This document shows, piece by piece, positions 9,560-20,232 of a stretch of 51,505 nucleotides of DNA. Numbering within the stretch: position 1 is the stretch's first letter; each line of letters opens with the position of its first letter. Position numbers and translations under genes: made by a program. The stretch covers positions 1 to 51,505 of the forward strand of contig CABUZU010000001.1 in NCBI GenBank assembly GCA_902496125.1, given 5' to 3'. The notes under the pieces were generated by a model. It was not told where the DNA came from. It did not search any database and saw only the letters and a list, made by a program, of their open reading frames with translations. The stretch is from an uncultured Lachnospiraceae bacterium (GTDB lineage: Bacteria; Bacillota; Clostridia; Lachnospirales; Lachnospiraceae).

Positions 9560-10777
9560 TCAAATACCTGCTACCTCCGCAATATATGCTGCCCAATATT
9601 TATAGTAACTAAATGTAGGATGAATTCCATCACTAGAATATTTATCAATCAAATAATCCGTTGATAGATAAGAAATCTTTTTCTTTTTACATAATTTTTC
9701 AATCGCTTGATTGTAATCATCCACATGCTTAAACAATGGACGTTTTTTTAACGTTGATTGTTTTATATGAGTAACCTTACAAATATAAATTGTTGCATCG
9801 GGCAATTGTTTTTGTATCTTATTTATTTTCTCTTCATATAAACGGATAAAATGCTTGGCATCTCCATTGTAATATTCGATATCGTTTAATCCATATTCTA
9901 AAACAACAATCTTTGGTAGCATTTTAGATACTGTAGCGATATGCTTATCAATCGTTGCCATACCTGCTCCACGCTTTGCAACTACGGATTGAGAATCTAA
10001 TAGATTATATTCTATTAATCCCATTGCTAGTGAATCTCCCATTACTACAATTTGACCGTCTATAAATCTCTTTTTCAAATCTTTTGTATTTAATTTTTCT
10101 TTGGTTATTTTCCCTGTAGCTTTTTTACTCGTATTCTTCGTCTTTTTCGGTGGAATCACTTGATTTGATACAACCGCTAAATCTACTTTTTCCTTTACTA
10201 CCAAATTGGCTTTCGCACAAGAGTTACTATTTTTTCCCAATGCTTTGCTTAAATATTGGTCTGCAATACTAGAGTTTAAATAAAGATTTCCAGTAATGGA
10301 TTTACCGATTATCTTTCCCTCATGTGAAACAATGTAGTTTGTCATTTTATCACTTTTAATATTATTTTTTTCTAAAATAATATTGGGATACTTCAAATCC
10401 TTAATTTGTTGCAAATCTTCAATCGATGAATCATCCACTATAATTCCAATAAATCCAATATGGTCTTGCTTTAATTGTTCATAGTAATCATTCATCTGTT
10501 TCGCTACTGTTCCATCAGACTCTTTAGATGGACTCCAACAAAATACCACACAAGCATCATAATCGGAAAATATATGCTCTGTAATTTTTGTCCCTGTAGC
10601 TGTTTGTCCAGTAAACTTAAAAAATCCTGTATTTTTATCTAATACATGAAAGACCATGAATACACCAAATAAACATAGTAATACTACCAATAGAATTATT
10701 GTTTGTATCGTACTTTTATAAGGTCTTTTTTGCATATGCATCACCAATTCTAAAGTTCTTTCGATTTTTTTGTACAA
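9560..10777 (-). CDS. GDSL/SGNH hydrolase with N-terminal TM and a thioredoxin-like domain
   Basis: GDSL, GLND and DGIHP motifs in the C-terminal half; start uncertain. Confidence 0.8.
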   Translation of the reverse strand: MYKKIERTLELVMHMQKRPYKSTIQTIILLVVLLCLFGVFMVFHVLDKNTGFFKFTGQTATGTKITEHIFSDYDACVVFCWSPSKESDGTVAKQMNDYYEQLKQDHIGFIGIIVDDSSIEDLQQIKDLKYPNIILEKNNIKSDKMTNYIVSHEGKIIGKSITGNLYLNSSIADQYLSKALGKNSNSCAKANLVVKEKVDLAVVSNQVIPPKKTKNTSKKATGKITKEKLNTKDLKKRFIDGQIVVMGDSLAMGLIEYNLLDSQSVVAKRGAGMATIDKHIATVSKMLPKIVVLEYGLNDIEYYNGDAKHFIRLYEEKINKIQKQLPDATIYICKVTHIKQSTLKKRPLFKHVDDYNQAIEKLCKKKKISYLSTDYLIDKYSSDGIHPTFSYYKYWAAYIAEVAGI

Positions 10778-11541
10778 GCTTTCATCGCTTCGATAACAGA
10801 GCTTCTAAAGCCTTTTTCTTCTAATACTCGAACTGCTTCAATTGTTGTTCCAGCTGGTGAGCATACCATATCCTTTAATTCCCCTGGATGCTTTCCCGTT
10901 TCTAATAATAGTTTTGCACTGCCAATAACTGACTGAGCTGCAAATTCATAAGCCATTGCTCGCGGCATACCATCTGCAACTGCTGCATCTGCCATCGCTT
11001 CAATAAACATAAAGACATAGGCCGGTGAACTACCACTTACCGAAACTACTACATCCATTAAAGATTCTGGTACAATTTCTGTTCTACCACAGCTTCCTAA
11101 AATCTCTAATACCATCTTTTTATCTTCATCAGTAATTAATTTTCCAGGACATATTGCCATCATACCCTCTCCTACTAAAGCTGGAGTATTTGGCATTACA
11201 CGAATTAATTTAACTTGCTTTTCAAATGTAGCCTCTAGCCACTCTAATGTCTTTCCTGGTGCAATCGAAATAACAATTTGATTTTCCTTTACTTCATCTT
11301 TAATTTCTTTAATGACTTCTTCATAATACTGTGGCTTAATTGCTAAAATCAAAACATCGGTCTGCTTTACTACTTCAATATTTGTCTTAACAGCACAAAC
11401 ACCAAATTCATTTTTTATTTGCTCTGTAGTTTTTCCCTTATCCGAAGCAATGACCCCATCAGGAGATGCAATTTTTTTTGCAAGAATCCCATTCATGATT
11501 GCTCCACCCATGTTTCCACAACCAATAAATCCAATACTCAT
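10750..11541 (-). CDS. proC: Pyrroline-5-carboxylate reductase
   Basis: GFIGCGNMG, RVMPNTP, SGSSPAY and CSPAGTT motifs. Confidence 0.97.
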   Translation of the reverse strand: MSIGFIGCGNMGGAIMNGILAKKIASPDGVIASDKGKTTEQIKNEFGVCAVKTNIEVVKQTDVLILAIKPQYYEEVIKEIKDEVKENQIVISIAPGKTLEWLEATFEKQVKLIRVMPNTPALVGEGMMAICPGKLITDEDKKMVLEILGSCGRTEIVPESLMDVVVSVSGSSPAYVFMFIEAMADAAVADGMPRAMAYEFAAQSVIGSAKLLLETGKHPGELKDMVCSPAGTTIEAVRVLEEKGFRSSVIEAMKACTKKSKEL

Positions 11542-11553
11542 TTAATTATCCTC

Positions 11554-12597
11554 CTATAATTTTTTCTTAGAAGTTTTCTTCTTTTTATCACTAGTTTTCG
11601 TTGTCTTCTTAGTTGTCGTTTTCTTTGTCTTTTTCTTCGTATCTTTTTTCGTTTCATCTACTCGGTCTACGCCAGTATAGAAAGCAAGTTTAATAAAGAC
11701 TGGATATTCTTTTCGATACTGAGCAAGAGTTGTTCGATTATAGGGTAATGGGTCATTAATAATAAAGTCTTTTTCCTTTAATTCTTCCCCATTTCCTTTA
11801 TAACCAGTAATCAATACCCAATGCGGTCTACCATTTTTTCTCTCGGAACCAATTAATACTGGAATTCCTTTATGAAGCTTTTCTAAAACGACCTCTAAAT
11901 AAACCGATTTATCATAACAAAAATCATACTTTAATGGCCAACCCAAACTTCCTCTCGAAGTATAATAGAGTTTTTTCTCCATATCACTTGGTAGGATTTC
12001 TTTCTTTTGCAAAAAGCTTTCAGACATTGCAAGACAACTAGTTGTGCATCCAATATCATAAATTGTTCTTCCTGAATTACCAAGTGTTACCTTTGCCCAT
12101 CTGTCATCTGTCTGAAGATACAATGGAACATTTAGCTGTACCTTTGCCGATGCTGGTTGCTTAAATGTTATATATTTTACCGCACAATAACCACTAATTT
12201 TTTTACCTGTGTCACAATCAGTTGCTGTAATTTTATAAAATCCTTTTTTCTTTTTATCACCTTTTACAACTACTCGTTGACGATATTTTATATGACCTAC
12301 GATGTCACTTTTCTTATTTGCTTTTTTTCTTACATTTAAACGTCCAGTAATCGATACCCAACCATATTGATAACCTTCCTTTAATGCTGGAAATGTTGTA
12401 GAAGCCTGCGTAGACTCTTCCACCTTTGCACTCGTTTGTGCCTGTGTCGTTATCGTTTCTTGTGTCGATGTTTCACGTGAAACATTTTGTGTTGTTGACG
12501 TTTCTTCTGTCTGTTTAGTGGTTGTTGGTGTACAACTACTAAATACAAGGGACGTTAAAACAGCTGCAACTGTTAATCGAATTGATATCTTCTTCAT
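11554..12597 (-). CDS. Lipoprotein with SH3b and peptidase C39-like domains
   Basis: Lipobox-like FSSC, Thr-rich linker, LNVRKKA SH3b start, YLQTDDRW / GCTTS / HWVLITG / INDP catalytic pattern. Confidence 0.75.
   Translation of the reverse strand: MKKISIRLTVAAVLTSLVFSSCTPTTTKQTEETSTTQNVSRETSTQETITTQAQTSAKVEESTQASTTFPALKEGYQYGWVSITGRLNVRKKANKKSDIVGHIKYRQRVVVKGDKKKKGFYKITATDCDTGKKISGYCAVKYITFKQPASAKVQLNVPLYLQTDDRWAKVTLGNSGRTIYDIGCTTSCLAMSESFLQKKEILPSDMEKKLYYTSRGSLGWPLKYDFCYDKSVYLEVVLEKLHKGIPVLIGSERKNGRPHWVLITGYKGNGEELKEKDFIINDPLPYNRTTLAQYRKEYPVFIKLAFYTGVDRVDETKKDTKKKTKKTTTKKTTKTSDKKKKTSKKKL
12469..12484. promoter_or_regulatory. parS site (inside CDS)
   Basis: Perfect TGTTTCACGTGAAACA. Confidence 0.9.
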
Positions 12598-12611
12598 GTT
12601 CTCTCCTGAAT

Positions 12612-13472
12612 TTACAATTTACAAACTTTTTCTACTGCCATCTCTAATTCGGGATTTTCATACTCTTCTACTTTACCCTCATCTTCTAGAACAGCAAACT
12701 CAGGATCAATTGGTAGTTTACCTAGAATTTCTAATTGATTCTCGTTAGCAAACTCCTCTAACTTACTCTTACCAAATACATCCATCTTTTCATTACAATT
12801 TTTACAACGCATATAGCTATAATTTTCAATCAAACCTAAAATTGGAATATTCAACTTCTCAGCCATCTTACATGCCTTTTTAACAATCATTCCTACTAAA
12901 GACTGTGGAGTCGTAATCATTAAAATTCCATCTACTGGGAATGACTGGAATACAGTAAGCGGAACATCTCCAGTTCCCGGTGGCATATCAATTAATAAAT
13001 AATCAAGTTCTCCCCAGATAACATCCGTCCAAAACTGTTTCACAACACCCGCAATAACTGGTCCTCTCCAAACAACAGGAGTATCTTCTGATTCTAACAA
13101 TAAATTAATGGACATTAACTTAATTCCATTTTTTGTCTCTACTGGCATGATTCCATCTTTTTTATTTCCTTCTGCAATTGTATGAACGCCAAAGATTTGT
13201 GGAATCGAAGGTCCTGTGATATCCGCATCTAAAATACCTACTTTATAACCTTTTTTATTAAGTGCCACTGCCATCATAGAAGTAACCGATGATTTTCCTA
13301 CTCCACCTTTGCCACTAACAACTGCAACAATTTTCTTAATTTTATTCTTTTCATTTGGTGCAATCTTTAAATTTTTCTTTTTATGTGCACAATTCTTACA
13401 GTCTGTTTTGGAACAAGTGCTACTGTCACACCCCTTTTTATTTTCCTCACTCATTATCTTATTTCCTCGCAT
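12612..13472 (-). CDS. Mrp/NBP35 Fe-S cluster carrier ATPase
   Basis: SGKGGVGKS, DADITGPS, PVVWRGP, DMPPGTGD motifs and CxxC. Confidence 0.93.
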   Translation of the reverse strand: MRGNKIMSEENKKGCDSSTCSKTDCKNCAHKKKNLKIAPNEKNKIKKIVAVVSGKGGVGKSSVTSMMAVALNKKGYKVGILDADITGPSIPQIFGVHTIAEGNKKDGIMPVETKNGIKLMSINLLLESEDTPVVWRGPVIAGVVKQFWTDVIWGELDYLLIDMPPGTGDVPLTVFQSFPVDGILMITTPQSLVGMIVKKACKMAEKLNIPILGLIENYSYMRCKNCNEKMDVFGKSKLEEFANENQLEILGKLPIDPEFAVLEDEGKVEEYENPELEMAVEKVCKL

Positions 13473-13476
13473 TTTC

Positions 13477-13752
13477 CTAATAATTTGAATCTTCTTCTAT
13501 TACATGGATTTCTAAATAGTCAAAATCAACGTCTTCTATAAAGCTATCCTTTGTAAAACGACATTTACTATGTCTTTTAAATTCTTCGATTGTATGCTCT
13601 AACCAAACTGGATTTTGTAAATCAAATTCCTGGCAGATTTCATCTAATCCTTTAAACACCTTTCTTGTACGATTTAACTCTTCATCATTACAATAAACAG
13701 TATCTTTTAGCATACGATTGTCTTTAAATATTTTGCCCCATAAGCGAAACAT
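13477..13752 (-). CDS. Small hypothetical protein
   Basis: 91-aa ORF with GGAGTG RBS, in operon context. Confidence 0.75.
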   Translation of the reverse strand: MFRLWGKIFKDNRMLKDTVYCNDEELNRTRKVFKGLDEICQEFDLQNPVWLEHTIEEFKRHSKCRFTKDSFIEDVDFDYLEIHVIEEDSNY

Positions 13753-13816
13753 AAAACTATCACTCCCTAGTATATCCTTAAATTTCTTTGTTGTAAAGTA
13801 ACTAAAGAATTCCTAA

Positions 13817-14818
13817 TTAATTCTTAAGATAACTTTCAAATCCATCCGAATAATAAATTTTTCCATTCTTATCAATAAACATTCCACAGACTCCATCCGT
13901 GTTATTTAATAGCTTCATTCCTTCCTCAAGACCTAATGAAAAACAAGTGGTTGAAAGACCATCTCCCTCTACCGATTTATCACTGATAATCGTTACCTCT
14001 ACTAATCCATTCTGATATCCATATCCAGTCTTTGGATTTAAAATATGGTGGTAATCCACTCCATCTACTGTAATATATCTCTCATAAGACCCAGAAGATA
14101 CTACTGACTTATCATCAATTGATAAAACCTTTGCAACCTCTGCACTATCCCTTTCAGGTTTTTGAACTCCAATTGCAAAATTTTCATCATTTGTGTTTCT
14201 TCCTATACATAATACATTGCCACCTAAATTAATTACTGCACTCTTCACACCATTTTTTGTTAAATAATCTTTTAGTCTATCTGCAATATATCCCTTTGCA
14301 ATCGCACCTAAATCAATTCCCATTCCTTTTTGCTTAAACTCAACATGATTTCCACTAATCTTTACCTTTTTATAATTTACCTTCTTCGTAGCATTCTCTA
14401 GTTTTGCTGCATCTGGAAGAGTCGGCTTGTCCGCTGTGAAATCCCATAGTGATGAAACTGGTTGAATTGTAATGTCAAATGCTCCATTCGAAATCTTACT
14501 ATAATACAAACCTTCCTGTATTAACTCCAATGTTTCACGTGAAACATCTGCTTCCCCGTTTGCATTTAACTGATAGATTTCACTCTGCTCTTTCGTTCTC
14601 GAAAATTTATTTTCATATTCTCTACACAGTGCAAAACACTTATCAATTAAACTGTCATCTTGTGAATCATATAATGTGATTTGAATAATTGTATCCAATG
14701 CATAAGTTGTCTTCTGAACAGGCTCTTTCTTTGATGATGAAGAATTACATGCCGTTAAGCTTATCATCAATCCGATGAGCAGAATACAACTTAAACTTCT
14801 TTTTATCTTATTTGTCAT
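13817..14818 (-). CDS. apbE: FAD:protein FMN transferase (ApbE family lipoprotein)
   Basis: Lipobox LTAC, DLGAIAKGY, SSGSYERY, HHILNPKTG and DGLST motifs. Confidence 0.93.
   Translation of the reverse strand: MTNKIKRSLSCILLIGLMISLTACNSSSSKKEPVQKTTYALDTIIQITLYDSQDDSLIDKCFALCREYENKFSRTKEQSEIYQLNANGEADVSRETLELIQEGLYYSKISNGAFDITIQPVSSLWDFTADKPTLPDAAKLENATKKVNYKKVKISGNHVEFKQKGMGIDLGAIAKGYIADRLKDYLTKNGVKSAVINLGGNVLCIGRNTNDENFAIGVQKPERDSAEVAKVLSIDDKSVVSSGSYERYITVDGVDYHHILNPKTGYGYQNGLVEVTIISDKSVEGDGLSTTCFSLGLEEGMKLLNNTDGVCGMFIDKNGKIYYSDGFESYLKN
14531..14546. promoter_or_regulatory. parS site (inside apbE)
   Basis: Perfect TGTTTCACGTGAAACA. Confidence 0.9.
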
Positions 14819-14987
14819 CTTATCCTCTCTTTTCTAAAGCATACTACTTTCCTTTTCATTATAAGGGCAAAAGTCCCAATTCTTCTTACAAGCAAGCTTA
14901 CATCAGATTTTCACCTTTTGACCCTGGTATCATTATACATAAATATTTCAATTTTTCCAATACTAAGATTTAGGAGGTATATACAAA

Positions 14988-15968
14988 ATGAAAATTGCTT
15001 TTTATGGAACAAAACCTTATGATCGCCTGTGGTTTGAACCCTTAAGTAAGGAATACGGGCATGAGATTTTATTTATTGATGGACTCCTTACAATGGATAC
15101 CGTCTCTCTTGCAAATGGATGTGGTGCAGTCTGTGTCTTTGTCAATGATAAAGTAGATAAAGAGCTTATCGATACACTTTATCAGATGAACGTCCAAGGT
15201 ATTTTACTTCGCTCGGCTGGGTTTAATCATGTGGATATTAAAGCTGCTAAAGATAAGCTTACCATCTTACGTGTACCTAGCTATTCGCCTGAAGCTGTTG
15301 CAGAATTTGGTGCTGCTCTTCTACTAACCATTAATAGACAGACACACCGTGCCTATGCAAGAACTAGAGATTTCAATATGACGATTAATGGTCTAATGGG
15401 AACCGACTTACATGGTAAGACTGCTGGTATTATCGGTACTGGTAAAATTGGACGCGCGATGATTCAAATTTTAAAAGGCTTTGGTATGAATATACTCGCT
15501 TATGACTTGTATCCAGACCATGGATTAGATGTGGAATATACCGATTTAGATTATCTTATTGCCAATAGTGACTGCATTTCCCTTCATTGCCCACTTACCG
15601 ATGGAACCTATCACCTTATCAATAACAAAACCATTTCCATGATGAAAAAAGGCATTTATCTAATTAATACTTCTAGAGGTGCATTAATTGATTCATCCGC
15701 ACTTCTAGAAAGCCTTCGTTCCACTGATATCTTCGCCGGTGTTGCACTTGATGTATATGAAGAAGAAGACGGTGTATTTTATGAAGACTATTCCAACCGC
15801 GTAATCTTAGATGACACCTTAGCAAGACTTACTACTTTTCCTAATGTATTAATTACTTCTCATCAAGGATTCTTTACAAAAGAAGCGTTAAAGGCAATTG
15901 CCGAGACGACACTTTTTAATGCAACCTGCCTTGAAAAAAAGCAAGAGTTTGTCAATGAAGTATTATAA
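14988..15968 (+). CDS. ldhA: D-lactate / D-2-hydroxyacid dehydrogenase
   Basis: RVPSYSPEAVAE, GTGKIG, SLHCPL, INTSRG, LDVYEEE and TSHQGFFT motifs. Confidence 0.88.
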   Translation: MKIAFYGTKPYDRLWFEPLSKEYGHEILFIDGLLTMDTVSLANGCGAVCVFVNDKVDKELIDTLYQMNVQGILLRSAGFNHVDIKAAKDKLTILRVPSYSPEAVAEFGAALLLTINRQTHRAYARTRDFNMTINGLMGTDLHGKTAGIIGTGKIGRAMIQILKGFGMNILAYDLYPDHGLDVEYTDLDYLIANSDCISLHCPLTDGTYHLINNKTISMMKKGIYLINTSRGALIDSSALLESLRSTDIFAGVALDVYEEEDGVFYEDYSNRVILDDTLARLTTFPNVLITSHQGFFTKEALKAIAETTLFNATCLEKKQEFVNEVL

Positions 15969-16075
15969 TCTACTTGACTTGAATTAAAATTTGTAGGATA
16001 CTGTAATCTATCGGAGAATAATCCCTCACCCTTCGATGGATTACTGTAAATAATTTTTTATAGGAGGAACAATCT

Positions 16076-18358
16076 ATGATTAAACTTTATGAAACTGGAG
16101 CCTATCTATTAAATGGAGACACTCTAGTGACCGATAATGCAGATGCTCCTGCACTACTCTCTTCTTTATTAGGTCAGGTTCCTAATAAAGAAGAAGCTTC
16201 ACATGGAACAATGGCATATTCCATTTTACAAGCTCATAATACCTCTGGTGATGATAAACAGTTAAAAATCAAATTCGACTGTTTAACTTCTCATGATATT
16301 ACATATGTTGGTATTATTCAAACTGCAAGAGCAAGCGGATTAGAGAAATTCCCTATCCCTTACGTTTTAACAAACTGTCATAATAGTCTCTGTGCTGTTG
16401 GTGGTACAATTAATGAAGATGACCACATGTTTGGTCTTACCTGTGCACAAAAATACGGCGGAATCTATGTACCTCCTCATCAGGCTGTTATCCACCAATA
16501 TGCTAGAGAAATGCTCGCTGGCTGTGGAAAAATGATTCTAGGTTCTGATAGCCACACTCGTTATGGTGCTCTTGGTACTATGGCAATTGGTGAAGGTGGT
16601 GGCGAACTAGCAAAACAACTTCTTGGTCGTACCTATGACATTAAATCTCCAGAAGTTGTTGCAATCTATTTAACTGGTGAACCTATAAAAGGAGTTGGTC
16701 CTCAAGACGTTGCACTTGCTATTATCGGAGCTGTATTTAACAATGGATATGTAAATAATAAGGTTATGGAATTTGTAGGTCCTGGTGTTGATAAATTAAG
16801 TGCAGATTTTCGTATCGGTATCGATGTCATGACGACTGAAACGACCTGTCTATCCTCCATTTGGAAAACTGATTCCACTATTAAAGATTTCTTAGAAATC
16901 CATCATCGTGGTGATGCTTATAAAGAATTAAATCCTGCTAATGTTGCTTACTACAACGGCGTTGTATACGTTGATTTAAGCACAATTAGACCAATGATTG
17001 CAATGCCATTTCATCCAAGCAATACTTATGAAATCGACTTCGTAAATCAAAACCTTGGTGACGTTTTAGCTGATGTTGAAAAAAGAGCAAAGGTAAGTTT
17101 TGGAGAAAATTGTGACTTTACTTTAACAAATAAAATTATTAACAACAAGCTCTATGTAGACCAAGGAATTATTGCTGGTTGTGCGGGTGGCGGTTTTGAA
17201 AACATCTGTGCAGCAGCTGATATTTTAAAAGATAAATTTACTGGAAATGATAAATTCACATTAAGTGTATATCCTGCAAGTACTCCAATCTATATGGAAC
17301 TTGTTAAGAATGGTGCTGTTGCCGAACTTATGAGAAGCGGTGCAATTGTTAAAACTGCATTCTGTGGTCCTTGCTTCGGTGCTGGTGACACTCCTGCAAA
17401 TGGTGCATTCAGTATTCGTCATTCTACTAGAAACTTCCCGAACCGTGAAGGCTCTAAAATTCAGAATGGTCAGCTTTCAAGTGTTGCTCTTATGGATGCT
17501 CGTTCCATCGCTGCAACTGCTGCCAATAAAGGTTTCTTAACACCTGCTACTGAAATGGATGTTGAATATACTGGTTCTAAATACTTCTTTGATAGCACTA
17601 TTTACGAAAACCGTGTATACGACAGTAAAGGCGTTGCTCACCCAGAAGTTGAAATCCAATTTGGTCCAAATATCAAAGACTGGCCTTCTATGACTGCCCT
17701 TACCAAAGATTTAGTTCTACGTGTAGCCTCTGTCATCCATGACCCAGTTACCACTACCGACGAACTCATTCCTTCTGGTGAAACATCTTCTTTCCGTTCA
17801 AATCCTTTAGGACTTGCTGAATTTACTCTTTCTCGTAAAGACCCAGCTTATGTTGGCAAGGCTAAAGCCGTTCGTACACAAGAAGAAATTAGAAGAGAAA
17901 ATAAGCAAACTACCGATGCCGACTACTTAAAAGCTTTTGAAACCATCAAAGCTAAATTTGCAGATTTTGATACAGCTCAGACCGGAATCGGTTCTACTAT
18001 CTACGCTGTAAAACCTGGCGATGGTTCCGCTAGAGAACAGGCTGCATCCTGTCAGAAAGTATTAGGCGGTTGGGCTAATATCGCAGGTAGCTACGCTACT
18101 AAACGTTATCGTTCAAACTTAATCAACTGGGGTATGTTACCATTCTTATTTGATAAAGAAGAACTTCCATTTGACTTAGATGATTTCATCTTCATTCCTG
18201 GTATTCGCCAAGCTATAATTGATAAGCAGGCAGAGATTACCGCTTATGTTGTTAAGGACGAATTAGTACCGTTTACTGTTCGTTTAGGAGACTTGACAGA
18301 TGATGAAAGAAAGATTATTTTGTCTGGTTGCTTGATTAATTATTATAAAGAAAATTAA
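16076..18358 (+). CDS. Aconitase-family hydratase (YbhJ-like)
   Basis: [40 protein letters not shown] and [10 protein letters not shown] motifs. Confidence 0.9.
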   Translation: MIKLYETGAYLLNGDTLVTDNADAPALLSSLLGQVPNKEEASHGTMAYSILQAHNTSGDDKQLKIKFDCLTSHDITYVGIIQTARASGLEKFPIPYVLTNCHNSLCAVGGTINEDDHMFGLTCAQKYGGIYVPPHQAVIHQYAREMLAGCGKMILGSDSHTRYGALGTMAIGEGGGELAKQLLGRTYDIKSPEVVAIYLTGEPIKGVGPQDVALAIIGAVFNNGYVNNKVMEFVGPGVDKLSADFRIGIDVMTTETTCLSSIWKTDSTIKDFLEIHHRGDAYKELNPANVAYYNGVVYVDLSTIRPMIAMPFHPSNTYEIDFVNQNLGDVLADVEKRAKVSFGENCDFTLTNKIINNKLYVDQGIIAGCAGGGFENICAAADILKDKFTGNDKFTLSVYPASTPIYMELVKNGAVAELMRSGAIVKTAFCGPCFGAGDTPANGAFSIRHSTRNFPNREGSKIQNGQLSSVALMDARSIAATAANKGFLTPATEMDVEYTGSKYFFDSTIYENRVYDSKGVAHPEVEIQFGPNIKDWPSMTALTKDLVLRVASVIHDPVTTTDELIPSGETSSFRSNPLGLAEFTLSRKDPAYVGKAKAVRTQEEIRRENKQTTDADYLKAFETIKAKFADFDTAQTGIGSTIYAVKPGDGSAREQAASCQKVLGGWANIAGSYATKRYRSNLINWGMLPFLFDKEELPFDLDDFIFIPGIRQAIIDKQAEITAYVVKDELVPFTVRLGDLTDDERKIILSGCLINYYKEN

Positions 18359-18363
18359 AGAAC

Positions 18364-18411
18364 TAGAAAAAGGTTGCAATGTTTCACGTGAAACATTGCA
18401 ACCTTTTTCTA
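18364..18411. terminator. 48-bp perfect palindrome: parS (18380-18395) embedded in a bidirectional terminator
   Basis: TAGAAAAAGGTTGCAA-TGTTTCACGTGAAACA-TTGCAACCTTTTTCTA between convergent genes. Confidence 0.88.
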
Positions 18412-18419
18412 AACTTTAT

Positions 18420-18929
18420 TTAATAAAGCTTTACTTTCTCAGCATCATTTCCAAAATTTCGAAATTTATTAGCTGGCATCTTATTCCAAAATTTTTTAAT
18501 ATCAAATTGGCATTTTTTCAATCGTGCCCCTAAATTAGAACAACTAATTAAATCTCTCTTATATTCTTTCTTCGTTCCACTTTTTGTCAATTCTGCAATA
18601 TTTTTTATTTCAAAAGCATCAACTAGTTCATCTTCTAAGTTTTTAACTTGAGGTATACATATTACATCTTTTATTCCGCTATGTTTTTTCAAGAAATTAA
18701 CATTATCATTCAAAATCGATATATTTGTATCAACATCTGTATCATACACTAATACTACTATTGTTCCAACTTTCAATGGACGAATCCTTGCATTAGTAAA
18801 TCTGTTTTGGACTGGATTGAATTTCTCAACTCTTCCACTCGCAATACATCCTAAATCAGATTTTAATGCATTTAGCAAACTTTTTTCGTCATCTCCCTCG
18901 ACATAGTAATAGTAACTAGCTCTTTTCAT
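18420..18929 (-). CDS. TOPRIM-like (RloB/AbiLii-like) protein
   Basis: YYVEGDDEK and VYDTD acidic motifs, NLEDEL; directly downstream of the ATPase. Confidence 0.55.
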   Translation of the reverse strand: MKRASYYYYVEGDDEKSLLNALKSDLGCIASGRVEKFNPVQNRFTNARIRPLKVGTIVVLVYDTDVDTNISILNDNVNFLKKHSGIKDVICIPQVKNLEDELVDAFEIKNIAELTKSGTKKEYKRDLISCSNLGARLKKCQFDIKKFWNKMPANKFRNFGNDAEKVKLY

Positions 18930-18945
18930 CAGTACACCTCCATAA

Positions 18946-20049
18946 TTATAGGTCTGCTAATTCGTACAACCTATGCAATTCTGGTGCTGTACAAAATAAA
19001 TCATTCTCTACGGCATGTTTCAACGAATCTGTATTACGTTTCAAATACTGTTCAGCATAAACGCACTTTATTGGTCTTTCAGTATCATTTGTATCTTTCT
19101 TTAAAAAGATAAATGAATGCTTTGGTAATTGCATATCTAAAATATCTGTATTATGTGTAGTAAAAAATAACTGTTTTCTATCCGTTAGTTTGTCAATAAT
19201 AATTGATAAACATGCCTTCTCTACATCGCTATTGATATAAGAAAATAATTCATCGCAATAATATAAATCATGTTTATCGCAAATCAACGAAGCAATAATA
19301 TAAGAAATATCAAGTCCAGCCTTTGTACCACTTGACAATACCTCTCCATCAGCAATTCTTCCATCTTTAATAATCGCTGAACAATTCTCCCATTTTATTG
19401 CATAAGAATTATTAATTTCCCTAATCTTAACAATTTCTTTAATTGACGGATCTAGAGTTTGTAATATTTGCTTTAATATATAAATGTAACGTGAATCATC
19501 TTCAATTGTTATATAAGTTTTATTCTTCGAAGCATCTTCAGGATATGAAAAATGCCATCCTTGTGTATTAATTTCTCCATATGAAACTTGTACATCTTTT
19601 TTCTCGTCTAATCGTTTTGCACAAATTTCATAATTATCCTTTTTATTGATACATGTTGCATAAATCTTAATATCAACATCATTCTCCGTGTATTCTGAAT
19701 TTGATTTAGATCCAATATTCATTATAAATCGATATAATACATCTACATTTGTTAAAAAATCAACTTGTAACATTGCACTCTTTTGTTTATCATCTACTTT
19801 ATCCGTAAAACGTTCATATGAACCATCTCTGAAATAATTTGCAAATAGCATTATTAACTTACCTAATGAAGTTTTTCCTGTAGCATTTCCCCCCATAATG
19901 ATATTTACTTTTTTATATCTAAAATTAGGTCTGCTTTCTAAATACTCCATTTCTATTGTAGAATCTACAATTTTTTTAGGATAAGACATATTAATATGAA
20001 AATTTTTGAATGCATACAAATTATCTACTTTTATATCCATTATTACCAT
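18946..20049 (-). CDS. ABC-like ATPase (AAA_21 / RloA / AbiLi-like)
   Basis: Walker A GGNATGKTS, signature LSSGT, Walker B YYCDE, H-loop FFTTHN. Start moved to ATG 20049 (GAGG RBS). Confidence 0.85.
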   Translation of the reverse strand: MVIMDIKVDNLYAFKNFHINMSYPKKIVDSTIEMEYLESRPNFRYKKVNIIMGGNATGKTSLGKLIMLFANYFRDGSYERFTDKVDDKQKSAMLQVDFLTNVDVLYRFIMNIGSKSNSEYTENDVDIKIYATCINKKDNYEICAKRLDEKKDVQVSYGEINTQGWHFSYPEDASKNKTYITIEDDSRYIYILKQILQTLDPSIKEIVKIREINNSYAIKWENCSAIIKDGRIADGEVLSSGTKAGLDISYIIASLICDKHDLYYCDELFSYINSDVEKACLSIIIDKLTDRKQLFFTTHNTDILDMQLPKHSFIFLKKDTNDTERPIKCVYAEQYLKRNTDSLKHAVENDLFCTAPELHRLYELADL

Positions 20050-20216
20050 TGTTTGTCCTCTTTTTTTGTTTTTTTGTTCGTAATTTATGAAGTAATATTC
20101 TTTATTCAAATTATACCTCCTGCACAAATGAAATTCAAGTATATTTTTAATATATGTTCTTATCTAAAAAATATAATTCATTTTTTATTAATTTTCTTTA
20201 TCAAAAAAAGCTGTAA

Positions 20217-20232
20217 TGTTTCACGTGAAACA
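20217..20232. promoter_or_regulatory. parS site
   Basis: Perfect TGTTTCACGTGAAACA, extended by TGTAA/TTACA. Confidence 0.9.

Noticed and set aside
11554..11650. Lys/Thr-rich repetitive tract
   Set aside because: Low-complexity protein tail of the C39 lipoprotein, not an independent DNA repeat.
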